A stretch of 64,000 bases of DNA, taken from assembly GCA_964621305.1 (NCBI GenBank), contig CAZUOM010000001.1, positions 229,448-293,447 of the forward strand, read 5' to 3'. Under the pieces are notes generated by a model. That model was given only the letters and a program-made list of their open reading frames with translations. It made no database searches and was not told the origin of the DNA. The translations under genes and the position numbers were made by a program. Origin of the DNA: an uncultured Gammaproteobacteria bacterium. GTDB lineage: Bacteria > Patescibacteriota > Microgenomatia > UBA10105 > UBA927. Numbering within the stretch: the first letter of the stretch is position 1; every line of letters begins with the position of its first letter. Shown in pieces: positions 38,931-48,888 of this stretch.

Positions 38931-39099
38931 AGATAGCATTAAGCACTATAAATTGAGATATTTTGATCAACTGAAGGGATTACCTCCGTATGAGATGGTG
39001 AAGAAAACGATTCTCATTTTCTGGTATGGCCTAACAGGAAATCGCCTTCTAGAAAGCAAACAGTCAGTCCCGCCTTCCCCGGCCACGACAAAAAAATAA
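38914..39099 (+). CDS. Small hypothetical protein
   Basis: Overlaps the upstream stop and is followed by a hairpin plus T-tract. Confidence 0.45.
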   Translation: MPQTIEDSIKHYKLRYFDQLKGLPPYEMVKKTILIFWYGLTGNRLLESKQSVPPSPATTKK

Positions 39100-39212
39100 G
39101 GCCCCCTAGCCTGAAAAGGCGAGGCCTTTTCTAGCTAACTTTATGTATCAAGATATTATTTGTATGACCCTGGATGTATTTTGATATATATTGTTATATA
39201 ATTCCTGTCGCA

Positions 39213-39890
39213 ATGAAAGAATTTCCAACTAACCCAGAGGCATTACCCAAACAAGTGTCACTTCCGGTCAGACGACCGGATGACTTTGGAAGCGTAAACT
39301 GTTTTATTGATGTCTGCACGACAGGACTCCTGTCAATTGATCCTCAACTTCAGATGTCTTCTCACTCGTTTGCGGACTTAATGCCCCAACCTTATGAAAA
39401 ATATTGCAGTTGGTTCTATGCAGAACATGTGGTTAATCAAGTTATTGCCCAGGTTGAAACCCGAATTTATTACAAAGAAGAGTCAGCCTGGCCTATTGGG
39501 CCAAAATTTAACACTGCCATACAACGCAAAATCGCCTCTGGAAACTATATCCATGTGGGAGTTGACGATAAGGAATGGCTCAAAAGAGTCTACAATGTCG
39601 ATATCTCGACACGACAAACGCACGCAGTCCTTATCACCGGATATAGACAGTCTGCTCCAACAGGAGAGCTTCTATTTGAAGTACAGGATTCCCTGTCGAA
39701 AAACCAACCGGGACCAATGGGCGTATCAAGTACGATTCTTTTCCGATCGGTCCTCGCTTCTATGTCTCTCATCCATCCGAATATCGATGGTAGATTGTTC
39801 AGGTGTCCTTATGGAGTATTTTATTGGACAAAATCAGCCACCCAACCTGGTACCCGCTTCTGGCATTCAGAGAGTTTCCCCCGTGGGTAA
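39213..39890 (+). CDS. Possible papain-like (C39-related) cysteine peptidase
   Basis: NCFIDVC, HAVLITGY and VQDS in the expected order. Confidence 0.45.
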   Translation: MKEFPTNPEALPKQVSLPVRRPDDFGSVNCFIDVCTTGLLSIDPQLQMSSHSFADLMPQPYEKYCSWFYAEHVVNQVIAQVETRIYYKEESAWPIGPKFNTAIQRKIASGNYIHVGVDDKEWLKRVYNVDISTRQTHAVLITGYRQSAPTGELLFEVQDSLSKNQPGPMGVSSTILFRSVLASMSLIHPNIDGRLFRCPYGVFYWTKSATQPGTRFWHSESFPRG

Positions 39891-40171
39891 CCTTAAACAC
39901 GGATAGCAGCGACTATTTTGACGACGTGCTCGTATCGCTCGTGGGGAACTTCCCCCCAAAGAGCGTCTTGGGACTCCTGGACCGCCTCCGTCGTGAGCCG
40001 AGCAAACTGGACTGGGGAACGATCCTGTACGCACGTGACCTGCTCTTTATCGACGACAACCGATACGATTCGGCCGTTCCGGCCCATGCATTTTTTCAGG
40101 GAATAAAACTGACGAAGCATGAGTGGGTAGCAAATGATTTACTGGAGTTTCGGCGGCGAGGCCTTTCCAGG

Positions 40172-40894
40172 CTAATGTTCGTGCATCATGAGCCAGAGGA
40201 ATTTGAGGAGTGCCAGCTGCCGCTTCCAACGCCGGGGCTGCCTGCTAAGCCGCCAGAGCCACTCTAGGCCGATAGCCCTGACGAAGGAAGGGGCACGGGG
40301 GATAATGCCGGCGATCATATCGAACGCCCCGCCGACGGACATGAGCACAATTTGAGATTTGAGATTTGAAATTTGAAATTGGCGCGCGAGGCAGATACAG
40401 AAGTGCTCTTGTTTCGGTGCACCGAGGCCAACGAAAACCAAACGAGTCTTGGTGACAGCGAGTTTTTGAGTAATTTCCTCGATAGTTTTCCCTTCAGGCA
40501 CATCCGCCCACCCTGCGAGGCCAGGAAACCGCCTCTGTAAGCACTCGAGAGCTTTAAGTGCTACACCTCCTCCACCGCCTATAAGTGCTATTGAGAAGCC
40601 CCGCCTGGAAGCTAGCTCAACCAGCGACTCCAAAAGATCAATTCCAGCGATTTTTTCGCAGCCGACGGTGAGCGCAAGTCCGATACCGTCGGGGATTGCT
40701 ATATCGGCCCGATTGAGGACTTTTCGGAAATGAAAATCTGTCTGTGCCAAAACCACCTGCTCGGGATTTGGAGTGGCGATAACCAAGGGCTTGAGTGCGG
40801 GAACGTTTAAGTACTTTTCTATATACTCTAAGATAGTTATCTTAGAATTCAACGTTATGCAAATTCCGAAGATTTTTTTTGATATTAATCTCAT
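40172..40894 (-). CDS. WecB/TagA/CpsF glycosyltransferase
   Basis: Motifs TPNPE, PDGIG, VGLGAPKQE, VGGAFD and GLEWLWRL. Confidence 0.92.
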   Translation of the reverse strand: MRLISKKIFGICITLNSKITILEYIEKYLNVPALKPLVIATPNPEQVVLAQTDFHFRKVLNRADIAIPDGIGLALTVGCEKIAGIDLLESLVELASRRGFSIALIGGGGGVALKALECLQRRFPGLAGWADVPEGKTIEEITQKLAVTKTRLVFVGLGAPKQEHFCICLARQFQISNLKSQIVLMSVGGAFDMIAGIIPRAPSFVRAIGLEWLWRLSRQPRRWKRQLALLKFLWLMMHEH

Positions 40895-41031
40895 AGTATA
40901 ATATACTATCTTAATACACCATTCCAAAGTTCATCGAGATACTTGAAATGAACACAATTTTTCGAAGCTGTTTTACAGGTTACTTCTTATTAGCTACTTC
41001 TAATAAATAGAACTATAAGATTTGTCTTACT

Positions 41032-42063
41032 TCACTTACCAATACTTCGTTTGTAAAGCTCTATGTTCTCCAATGCCACGCCGGTGCCGCGGACCACACA
41101 GAGTAGAGCCTCATCAGCAACATGACAAGGGACACCGGTCGCTTGTGTCATGAGCCGGTCGAAGTTATATAGAAGTGACGTTCCGCCAGCCATGACAATC
41201 CCTTTATCAATAATGTCTGCTGCTAGCTCTGGCGGCGTATCACCAAGGACCGCCTTAACTGCTGCAATGATCTGTTGAAGTACTGGACTGATCGCTTCGC
41301 TGACTTCTCTTTGCGTCAGTACTGCCATCCGCGGCAGACCGGTGATCGCATCTCGGCCGCGGACCTCTATGGAGTCACGGGAGTCGGGCGATTGTTTATC
41401 TGTTTTTGGCAGGCCCGATGGGAGAGCGTCTCCTATCGTCGTTTTGATTGTCTCGGCCATACGCTCGCCTATAATGAGGTTGTATTGTTTCTTGACAAAG
41501 TTAGCTATAGCTTCATCTAGCTTGTTTCCCGCAACACGCGCGCTTTTGTGTACCACCACGCCACCTAAAGAAATAACTGCCGCCTCCGTCGACCCTCCGC
41601 CAATATCGACAATCATGTGGCCGGAGGCTTGTGCGACTGGAATTTTGGCACCGATTGCTGCTGCAAGAGGCTCTTCGATGAGAAAAGCCATCTTGGCTCC
41701 AGCAGCAAGTGTTGCATCCAATACGGCCCGCCGTTCAACCTGAGAAGCCCCGGATGGTACGCAAACCATGACTTCTGGCTTGAATATCCTATTTCTCCCA
41801 ACAGCTTTATCCATAAAATATCCAAGCATAGCCTCAGTTACTACGTAATCAGCTATTACTCCGTCTCGCAGTGGTCGTGTGACCATAATGTTGCCGGGGG
41901 TGCGACCAAGCATCTCTTTGGCTTCGCTTCCTACTGCCACGACCCTATTATCATCTACAGTCACGGCTACAACGGTCGGCTCATTAAGGACAACGCCGAT
42001 GCCCGCCAACCAGACGAGTGAATTGGCTGTACCTAGATCTATGCCGATTCGTTTGGTAAACAT
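41032..42063 (-). CDS. mreB: Rod shape-determining protein MreB
   Basis: Motifs IGIDLGTAN, RPLRDGVI and VDIGGG. Confidence 0.96.
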   Translation of the reverse strand: MFTKRIGIDLGTANSLVWLAGIGVVLNEPTVVAVTVDDNRVVAVGSEAKEMLGRTPGNIMVTRPLRDGVIADYVVTEAMLGYFMDKAVGRNRIFKPEVMVCVPSGASQVERRAVLDATLAAGAKMAFLIEEPLAAAIGAKIPVAQASGHMIVDIGGGSTEAAVISLGGVVVHKSARVAGNKLDEAIANFVKKQYNLIIGERMAETIKTTIGDALPSGLPKTDKQSPDSRDSIEVRGRDAITGLPRMAVLTQREVSEAISPVLQQIIAAVKAVLGDTPPELAADIIDKGIVMAGGTSLLYNFDRLMTQATGVPCHVADEALLCVVRGTGVALENIELYKRSIGK

Positions 42064-42187
42064 ACATTCGGAGGATAATTGTTACATTGCTACATGGCTA
42101 CATTGTTAAAAGTCAAAGCAATTTAACAATGTAACAATTTAACAATAATCATTAGCATTCTACCACACCAGCGAGTATAATAGACCC

Positions 42188-43381
42188 ATGGTGGAAAAGG
42201 TAAAAGAAGCAACTAGGAAACTGATACCTTTTATTGTATTTATACTCATTCTTACAATATCAATTGGCATCATCGCTTATGGCAAGGGATGGCGATTGGA
42301 CGTCACCAATAGGTCAGTCAAGCCCACCGGTCTTATTTCTGTAACATCACAACCAAGTGGCGCCCAGGTTTTCGTCGACGGAGCACTCAGAACGGCCACC
42401 AACAATGCATTCAATATCGACCCTGGCTGGTATACTGTTCGGATTGTTAAAGAGGGATATTTGCCTTGGGAAAAAAAGTTGCGCGTGCAAGGAGAAATAG
42501 CGGTTAAGGTCGAAGCGTTACTGCTGCCAGGGAGCCCCTCTCTTTCACCCCTGACGAATACTGGAGTTGTCAAACCGACACTCTCTCCCGACGGCACAAA
42601 AGTTGCCTATATCGCCACTTCATCGCTTCGCTCCTCAGTGCAAGCGCAGGCTGGTTTATGGGTGCTTGAGTTATCTGACCGGCCACTGGGGCCCAACAGA
42701 GATCCGCAACAACTTGCCCAAAATGATACCATTCTTTCATCGCCGGAGGCAGAGCTCCTTTGGTCACCGGATTCACGGGATCTCATGGTTAAAACAAAAA
42801 CCGCAGCCCATCTTTATACTGTCGGAAAAAGCCAATCCTTCGTTGATATTTCGGCAGTCACCGTTTCTGTCCTTGCAGGCTGGCAAGCCGAGGACAAAAA
42901 AAGGGAAAAACAGAAACTCGCAGGTTTCGCGCAAGAATTTGCCAACGTTGCGTCAAGTTCCGCAACCATCTTGTCCTTTAGCCCCGATGAAACCAAAATT
43001 CTCTACGAAGCCACGGCGCCAGCAACTATTCCAATAATTATCAAACCACCACTTATTGCATCAAACCCCACTGTTGAAACGCGAAATATCATACCAACAA
43101 AAATGTACGTCTATGACGCGAAAGAAGACAAAAATTTTCTCATTGAAAATTATCCGCGCAACGGAATTTGGTTCCCAACATCAAACCACTTTATAATATC
43201 TCAAAATAATAAAATAGATATCATGGAATACGACGGGGCTAACCGAGTCACACTCTACGCCGGTCCGTTTGTCGAGGGGTTTCTGGCCCCCTGGACCAGC
43301 GGAAACAGACTCGTCATCCTCACCAACCTCAACCCCGGCGCAAGCACCCTACCCAACCTGTATACGGTTAATTTGAGGTAA
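42188..43381 (+). CDS. PEGA-domain membrane protein with beta-propeller-like repeats
   Basis: TM segment, SQPSGAQVFVDG and SPDG repeats. Confidence 0.85.
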   Translation: MVEKVKEATRKLIPFIVFILILTISIGIIAYGKGWRLDVTNRSVKPTGLISVTSQPSGAQVFVDGALRTATNNAFNIDPGWYTVRIVKEGYLPWEKKLRVQGEIAVKVEALLLPGSPSLSPLTNTGVVKPTLSPDGTKVAYIATSSLRSSVQAQAGLWVLELSDRPLGPNRDPQQLAQNDTILSSPEAELLWSPDSRDLMVKTKTAAHLYTVGKSQSFVDISAVTVSVLAGWQAEDKKREKQKLAGFAQEFANVASSSATILSFSPDETKILYEATAPATIPIIIKPPLIASNPTVETRNIIPTKMYVYDAKEDKNFLIENYPRNGIWFPTSNHFIISQNNKIDIMEYDGANRVTLYAGPFVEGFLAPWTSGNRLVILTNLNPGASTLPNLYTVNLR

Positions 43382-43383
43382 AC

Positions 43384-43650
43384 ATGGCAAAACCTGAAGA
43401 CACGCGCCCATTAGATGCTGATATAGGGGCATACATTGACAGTTTAAGGCGGGACACTAAACATACCCCTGCTGACTGTCAAACTCCTGGACACTTAGTC
43501 ATTCGGCTACCAAGTAGAGACCTTGCTTGCGGATTCGGTGGGGTGTGGCCAGAGACCGGAGATGCTTTTGTCTATGATCCTAAAGATCATAGCAATTTAA
43601 GTGGTAAACTTGTGCGGATAAATCCTCCCCAAAACAACTGGAAGGCGTAA
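43384..43650 (+). CDS. Hypothetical protein
   Basis: ORF immediately after the PEGA gene. Confidence 0.5.
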   Translation: MAKPEDTRPLDADIGAYIDSLRRDTKHTPADCQTPGHLVIRLPSRDLACGFGGVWPETGDAFVYDPKDHSNLSGKLVRINPPQNNWKA

Positions 43651-43656
43651 ATTCTG

Positions 43657-43728
43657 TGCCGCTAGAAGGAATCGAACCCTCATCGTACCCTTAGGACGGG
43701 TCTGCTCTGTCCATTGAGCTATAGCGGC
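43657..43728 (-). tRNA. tRNA-Arg (CCT)
   Basis: Cloverleaf with GCCGCTA..TAGCGGC acceptor, anticodon loop GT-CCT-AA and TTCGATT; no encoded CCA. Confidence 0.9.
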
Positions 43729-43734
43729 TCGCGG

Positions 43735-43807
43735 TCGGAGAGCCGGGACTCGAACCCGGGACCTCATCGTCCCGAACGATGCGCGCTACCAACTGCGCCA
43801 CTCTCCG
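43735..43807 (-). tRNA. tRNA-Pro (CGG)
   Basis: Cloverleaf with CGGAGAG..CTCTCCG acceptor, anticodon loop TT-CGG-GA and GTTCGAGTC. Confidence 0.93.
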
Positions 43808-43814
43808 AAATTTT

Positions 43815-43922
43815 TGCGGGGCCAACCGAGCGCTCTACACTGAAAATTACTTCGTAATTTCCAGTGTAAACCAACTGTTTACTCGGTACATCTTTCAAGA
43901 TGTTACCGAGAGCTATACCCTC
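43815..43922 (-). pseudogene. tRNA 5' half with two palindromic insertions in the D arm; 3' half missing
   Basis: Removing the hairpins at 43910-43878 and 43868-43837 gives GAGGGTATAGCTCAGTTGGTTAGAGCGCTCGGTTGG. Confidence 0.6.
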
Positions 43923-43975
43923 AGGCGATTTTCATTGTAGCAAATTTGCAGTTTTTGCGATATACTAGACTTCTC

Positions 43976-44626
43976 ATGAACTTATCCTTCAGGAAATCCT
44001 CCGATCCCCTGCCTCCTCCCCCAGTCCAAGTCATTCTTGCTTCCCAGTCCCTCGGCCGGCGGCACCTTCTGGAAAAACTGGGCATCCCGTTTCGGGTAGT
44101 AATTAGCCGCATTGAGGAAGAAAAAATTACTAACAGCGATCCTTTTCTCACTCTCAAAAAGCGGGCAGCAGCCAAGGCCGAGGAAGTTTCTAAAAATCCG
44201 CGCGTTTATTCCTTGCCGGAATCCGGCAAGGCACTGATAGTTGCAGCTGATTCAATGGGCGTCTTGGGCAAAAAAACTTTCGGCAAATCCCGCGATCGGG
44301 AGGACACAAAGGAAATTCTTAAAAATCTCATGGGCCGCACCCATGTATTCGCCACGCACACAGTAGCATTGTACCTTGAAAACCTAGAAGAGAAGAAACG
44401 GTGGGAAAAGCTCGTCAAAACGCGCGTAACGCTAAGAAAACTAACGGCAACCGAAGTCGATAGCTTCGTCAACCGCTACGACCTGTCCCGCTTTGCCGCC
44501 GGCTACGCGCTCAACGAAACCCCCTGGGATTTAGTCACCAAAATCGAGGGAAGCTACACGAATGTCATTGGCCTCCCGTTTGAAGTGCTTCTCCCTGTCC
44601 TTCGCCAACACAAGATTATCATCTGA
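43976..44626 (+). CDS. maf: Maf-family nucleoside triphosphate pyrophosphatase
   Basis: Motifs ILASQS..RR.LL, VAADS and GSYTNVIGLP. Confidence 0.9.
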   Translation: MNLSFRKSSDPLPPPPVQVILASQSLGRRHLLEKLGIPFRVVISRIEEEKITNSDPFLTLKKRAAAKAEEVSKNPRVYSLPESGKALIVAADSMGVLGKKTFGKSRDREDTKEILKNLMGRTHVFATHTVALYLENLEEKKRWEKLVKTRVTLRKLTATEVDSFVNRYDLSRFAAGYALNETPWDLVTKIEGSYTNVIGLPFEVLLPVLRQHKIII

Positions 44627-44710
44627 CAACGGCCTTTCTCAAATCCAATCATTTCGTTTGACACCTTGCTGTAAGTCTTACCCAATACAAAATATACCCT
44701 ACGGGTCTCT

Positions 44711-45971
44711 CTACCCAATTGAAAAAAGAGACCATTGAGGACTAGAAAAGAAAGGCGCGAACCGTGTACCCTGTCGGTGTATGAAGATCGACATGGACGA
44801 TTGGCGCATCCAAAGTATTGCACAGCTACAAGATCTCCTCAAGGGAACGGAGCGGTTTGTCGTATCTTTGGAGCACGGCTCCATTGAAGAAAAGTACCGG
44901 TTCATTGACCGTACCGTTGACCGCTTCCAGTATCAGACGCTTACGAGGAGACAGCGGCATGCCGTCTACCGCTATCTGCCAAAGGTGACGGGCTACAAGA
45001 AAGCCTAACTCCTCCGGCTCATCAAACGGGCAGTGGTGGGAAAACTCATACGGAAGGAGTACAAAAGGAGAAATCCCAACCGCATCTACACCAGTCGTGA
45101 TATTAAGCTCCTGGAGAAAACAGATGAGCTTCACCTTCGCCTCTCCGACCGGGCAACACAAGAAATTCTCCGACGTGAGTACGAAGTGTTCGACAAAAAG
45201 GAGTATCAAACCATTGCCCGTGTCTCTCATGGACACATCACCAATCTCCGGCATCACCCCCTCTATGTAAATGCGTACGTCAACCACACCAAAGCCCGAC
45301 TCATCCCCATCGGGATGACCAGACCTCCGGAAACCTACGGCAGGCCAGGCTCGATTCGGGTTGATACAGTCCACCAAAGAGACATCTACCACATTAACGC
45401 GGTGGATGAGATTACCCAGTGGGAAGTCCTGGTCTCTGTACCCGTCATCAGTGAAGTCTGCATGCTGCCGGCTATCTCTATCCTTCTTGACCAGTTTCCT
45501 TTCACGATCTTCAACTTCCACTCTGACCGGGGAGGAGAGGCGATCAACTATCTGGTTTCTGATTTTCTCCAGAAGCTCCTCATCACCCAGACCAAGTCAA
45601 GAGCACGTCACCCCAATGACAACGCGCTTGTGGAAACCAAAAACGGCAGTGTAGTCAGGAAGAACATGGGGTGGGAACACGTGAGCCAACAGTTTGCCGA
45701 TAGTTTCACTGTTTACTACCGTACCTGGTTCAACCCCTATCTCAACTTCCACCGGCCCTGTGCATTTCCGACCATAAATAAGGATGAGAAGGGAAAAACC
45801 AGGAAGGTCTATGAGATCTACCAAACCCCATATGATGCTCTCAAGGGCATTCCAGGGGCTCACAGGTTTTTGAAACCCGGGCAAACTTTTGAAAAACTTG
45901 ATACAATAGCCTATGCCATGAGTGACAATGAGTTTGCTGAACTGATACGGTATCATTTTTCGATTGAGTAG
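44711..45971 (+). mobile_element. IS with DDE (rve-type) transposase inactivated by TAA at 45006-45008
   Basis: ORFs 44781-45008 and 45033-45971 are in frame; motifs VDTVH, FHSDRG and DNALVETKN. Terminal inverted repeats at 44711-44733 and 45949-45971 (19/23 match). Confidence 0.85.
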
Positions 45972-46048
45972 GACTACGTTGTGAGGTTTATCTTTAGCTT
46001 CGCAAGGACTCTCCTTGCAAATTATTTTCCTTCTGCTAGTATGGTTTC

Positions 46049-46744
46049 ATGCCCGCAAAACACGCAATCAAAGAGTTCGCGCCTCACGCCTACTACCACA
46101 TCTACAACCGCGGTGTAGAAAAACGCACCATTTTCCTCGACCAACAGGATCGCGCTGTCTTCCTTTCCTACCTCAAAGTGTATCTGCTCCCAAAAGAAAA
46201 AGACGTACTGCTCGGAGTTATTGCAAATCCAGAATCTTCATCCAAAGAAAAAGATCAGGCGCTGAAATTGTTGCGCCTCAATAACTTTGCTGATTCGCTT
46301 ACTCTGCTGGCGTTTTGTCTCATGCCCAACCATTTCCATCTCCTTATTAAACAAACAGACGCAATAACGATAGATCATTTTATGAGATCGTTCGGTACAC
46401 GGTACACGATGTATTTCAACCGGAAGTATCGTCGGGTAGGAGGATTGTTCCAAGGTGTCTATAAAGCCGTGCAAGTTGTAAGCAACGAACAACTTCTTCA
46501 CCTTTCTCGTTACATTCACCGCAACCCCATAGATCTAGCTTCGCAAGGAGAGTCCTTGCAAAACTTTAGCTACTCATCTTATCCCAAATATCTAGGAATA
46601 ACCCATACAGAGTGGGTCCATCCAGAAGATATTCTCTCCACTTTTCCAAAATCCGGCAAACGAGGTTACAAAGAATTTGTTGAAGGGCCATCAGATGAGG
46701 CCGGAAAACTGGCAATTGCCAAACTTATCATCGACGTTGACTAG
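46049..46744 (+). mobile_element. REP-associated tyrosine (Y1 HUH) transposase, RAYT-like
   Basis: Motifs YHIYNRG, LMPNHFHLL and YIHRNP. REPs TAGCTTCGCAAGG-N5-CCTTGC at 45995-46021, 46536-46562 and 46742-46772. Confidence 0.88.
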
Positions 46745-46769
46745 CTTCGCAAGGAGAGTCCTTGCGAAG

Positions 46770-47168
46770 CTAAAACAGCAGGCTGATTTCCTTGGCTGCT
46801 GCCTCTGCCGAATCGGAGCGGTGGACGACGTTGCGGGGCTTATCAATGCCAAAATCTTTCCTGACAGTTCCTGGCGCGGCATCCGCCGGATCAGTCGGGC
46901 CACAAATATCAAACACAATCTGAATCGCACCATCTCCTTCTAGTACCATTGCTACGACGGGTGTACTCATCATTTGCCTACACAGCTCCGGAAAAAAGGC
47001 CTTATCCTTGTGGTGGGCATACCAGACGTCGAGGATATCCTGGGTCAGCCGGACCATCTTCAACCCGACGACAGCAAGCCCCACCTTTTCAAACCGGCTG
47101 ATGACTTCACCGATGATGTGCTGTTCCATCCCGTCGGGCTTGATTAAAACAACAGTTTTTTCTTTCAT
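46770..47168 (-). CDS. ndk: Nucleoside diphosphate kinase
   Basis: Motifs EKTVVLIKPDG, APGTVR.DFG and NVVHRSDS. Confidence 0.95.
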   Translation of the reverse strand: MKEKTVVLIKPDGMEQHIIGEVISRFEKVGLAVVGLKMVRLTQDILDVWYAHHKDKAFFPELCRQMMSTPVVAMVLEGDGAIQIVFDICGPTDPADAAPGTVRKDFGIDKPRNVVHRSDSAEAAAKEISLLF

Positions 47169-47252
47169 ATACTTCAAATATAAAATAGAAAAAGAAACGT
47201 GTCTACTACCAACCTGAACTTTCCTTCTTGACAATTTCAAAGTGTACATATA

Positions 47253-47327
47253 ATTATTTCTGTTCGCAGAATGCATGAAAAGGAGGTGGCAAAGTATGAA
47301 AAAATTAAAAAAAATACCGCATTTTAA
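47253..47327 (+). pseudogene. C-terminal remnant of a BrnT-like toxin
   Basis: IISVRRMHEKEVAKYEK.. directly after TTGACA..TATAAT, overlapping the antitoxin start. Confidence 0.65.
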
Positions 47328-47559
47328 AACCGAAGAGGAGGAGAATCGTTTTTGGCAGCGAGTGGATTCGACTCAATATGTAGATTGGGACAAGGCTGAG
47401 CATTGGGTTTTTCCTAATTTGAAATTAACATCTAGACCAATAACCTTGCACCTTCCGTGTGGCTTAATCAATGATTACAAACTCAAGGCCCACAAAATGG
47501 GACTACCATACCAGGGACTCATGAAACAAGTGCTGTATAAGGGACTCGCGACGATCTAA
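47296..47559 (+). CDS. BrnA/CopG-like antitoxin
   Basis: Motifs IPHFKTEEEE..FW..DST.Y.DW and KA..G.PYQ.L. Confidence 0.8.
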   Translation: MKKLKKIPHFKTEEEENRFWQRVDSTQYVDWDKAEHWVFPNLKLTSRPITLHLPCGLINDYKLKAHKMGLPYQGLMKQVLYKGLATI

Positions 47560-48365
47560 CGAAACCGCTGCCCAAAATTATCGATTGCTTTGGCCTTATC
47601 CCAAACAAACTCAAAAAGCTGGCGCAGCATAGATGCGTATTCGCTGTTTGTCACCTGAATGGCCACCTCGTCTCCTATTTTGACGCCCCAAAAGACGATG
47701 GAGTCGTCAGTAATGAAAATGTCTTGCTTGATATCCAGAACTTTTTTGGGGATCAACCTGTGGCGGTAGAACTTCGTAGTATATTTTTTGTTGGTCGTCC
47801 AGGTCGTCGTACCGTCGGGAGCTATGGGGTCTTCTGAATTGGATATTGACCGGATGCGCACATTTTTTTCGACATTGATCTGCCTGAGCTCTTCCGTAAA
47901 AGCTGACCCCAGTTTATCGTTCCACTGGAGAGAGTCAAATACCAGGACCTCGGTATCTGGTTTTCTGCCACGGATAATCCACTCCATTTGTTTGAGGCCC
48001 CGCACGCCTTTGTAATACAAAACGGATGTTTGGCCAGGGTTACCGGCCACAATTTGTTCGCTAAACTGCCTGATTTTTTCAACTGATGCTTTCATCTCTC
48101 TGGTTTTGGCCTCGGATTCGAGGATTATGGTTTTGAAGCTGTCAGCACTGGAAACGTTGTAAAAGCTGGTTTTCTCCCCTAGCTGGGTAACCACGAGGCC
48201 TTTTTCAATCAGAGACTCAAGGACTCTGTAGATAGTTGACCGCTTTATTGGACAATTTTTGGATAACTGCACCACCGTACTCCAGCCTTTTTTTACAAGG
48301 AGCAGATAAACCTTCTGTTCATCATCAGTAAGTCCAAAAACGCTGAGATCTTCCGTAATGGTCAT
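47556..48365 (-). CDS. TrmB-family HTH transcriptional regulator
   Basis: FGLTDDEQKVYL..RSTIYRVLESL.EKGLV and a C-terminal LFEFVWD. Confidence 0.85.
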   Translation of the reverse strand: MTITEDLSVFGLTDDEQKVYLLLVKKGWSTVVQLSKNCPIKRSTIYRVLESLIEKGLVVTQLGEKTSFYNVSSADSFKTIILESEAKTREMKASVEKIRQFSEQIVAGNPGQTSVLYYKGVRGLKQMEWIIRGRKPDTEVLVFDSLQWNDKLGSAFTEELRQINVEKNVRIRSISNSEDPIAPDGTTTWTTNKKYTTKFYRHRLIPKKVLDIKQDIFITDDSIVFWGVKIGDEVAIQVTNSEYASMLRQLFEFVWDKAKAIDNFGQRFR

Positions 48366-48452
48366 ACCTGTCCACCATTATGGACAACAGTTGGACAAAA
48401 ATCAAGACCGCTTCTATACTATGGGACTGTTCTTTGAGGGAGGTGAAATTTT

Positions 48453-48746
48453 ATGTCAGAACACATTAGGCCATCTTCTCAAGAAGAGGTAATCATTAGA
48501 AATGCGTTTCGTCGGGAAAAGACGAGAGGAAGGTGGCCAACAAAACAAGCAAAAGACCGAGAACTGGTCGGAACCGCTTTACATGTACTGAAAGATCATC
48601 CAGAAGATGATTTTAGCGAACAAATGTATCGTCATATTGCTGCAACGTGCAGAGAGGAACTGCCTAGGGTGTCAGCTCCAGGTGATACCGTTGATGTGGA
48701 GACTTGGCATCGTTTGACCCTCTTTATTAAGGAAGCAATTGGGTGA
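48453..48746 (+). CDS. Hypothetical protein
   Basis: SD GGAGGTG. Confidence 0.6.
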   Translation: MSEHIRPSSQEEVIIRNAFRREKTRGRWPTKQAKDRELVGTALHVLKDHPEDDFSEQMYRHIAATCREELPRVSAPGDTVDVETWHRLTLFIKEAIG

Positions 48747-48888
48747 CAGGAGGAGAGGAATGTAAAGCTTAAGTATGGAGTAAAAAGGGAGTTTTTTCTT
48801 TTCTTCCAACATTTCGCCCTAAAATATCAGGAGCTTCAAATAAAACTCGCTCAATCGTGGTAATTTTCTTCAGATAGTTTCAGTATAG

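Noticed and set aside
39803-40267. ORFs on both strands between the peptidase-like gene and the WecB/TagA gene (one vaguely MazF-like)
   Set aside because: No convincing motif or start, and both overlap neighbouring genes; the coding strand could not be decided.
48763-48812. Possible stranded copy of the M16 peptidase 3' end (..ILKL)
   Set aside because: Only ~13 of 15 nt match in AT-rich sequence, too weak to call without statistics.
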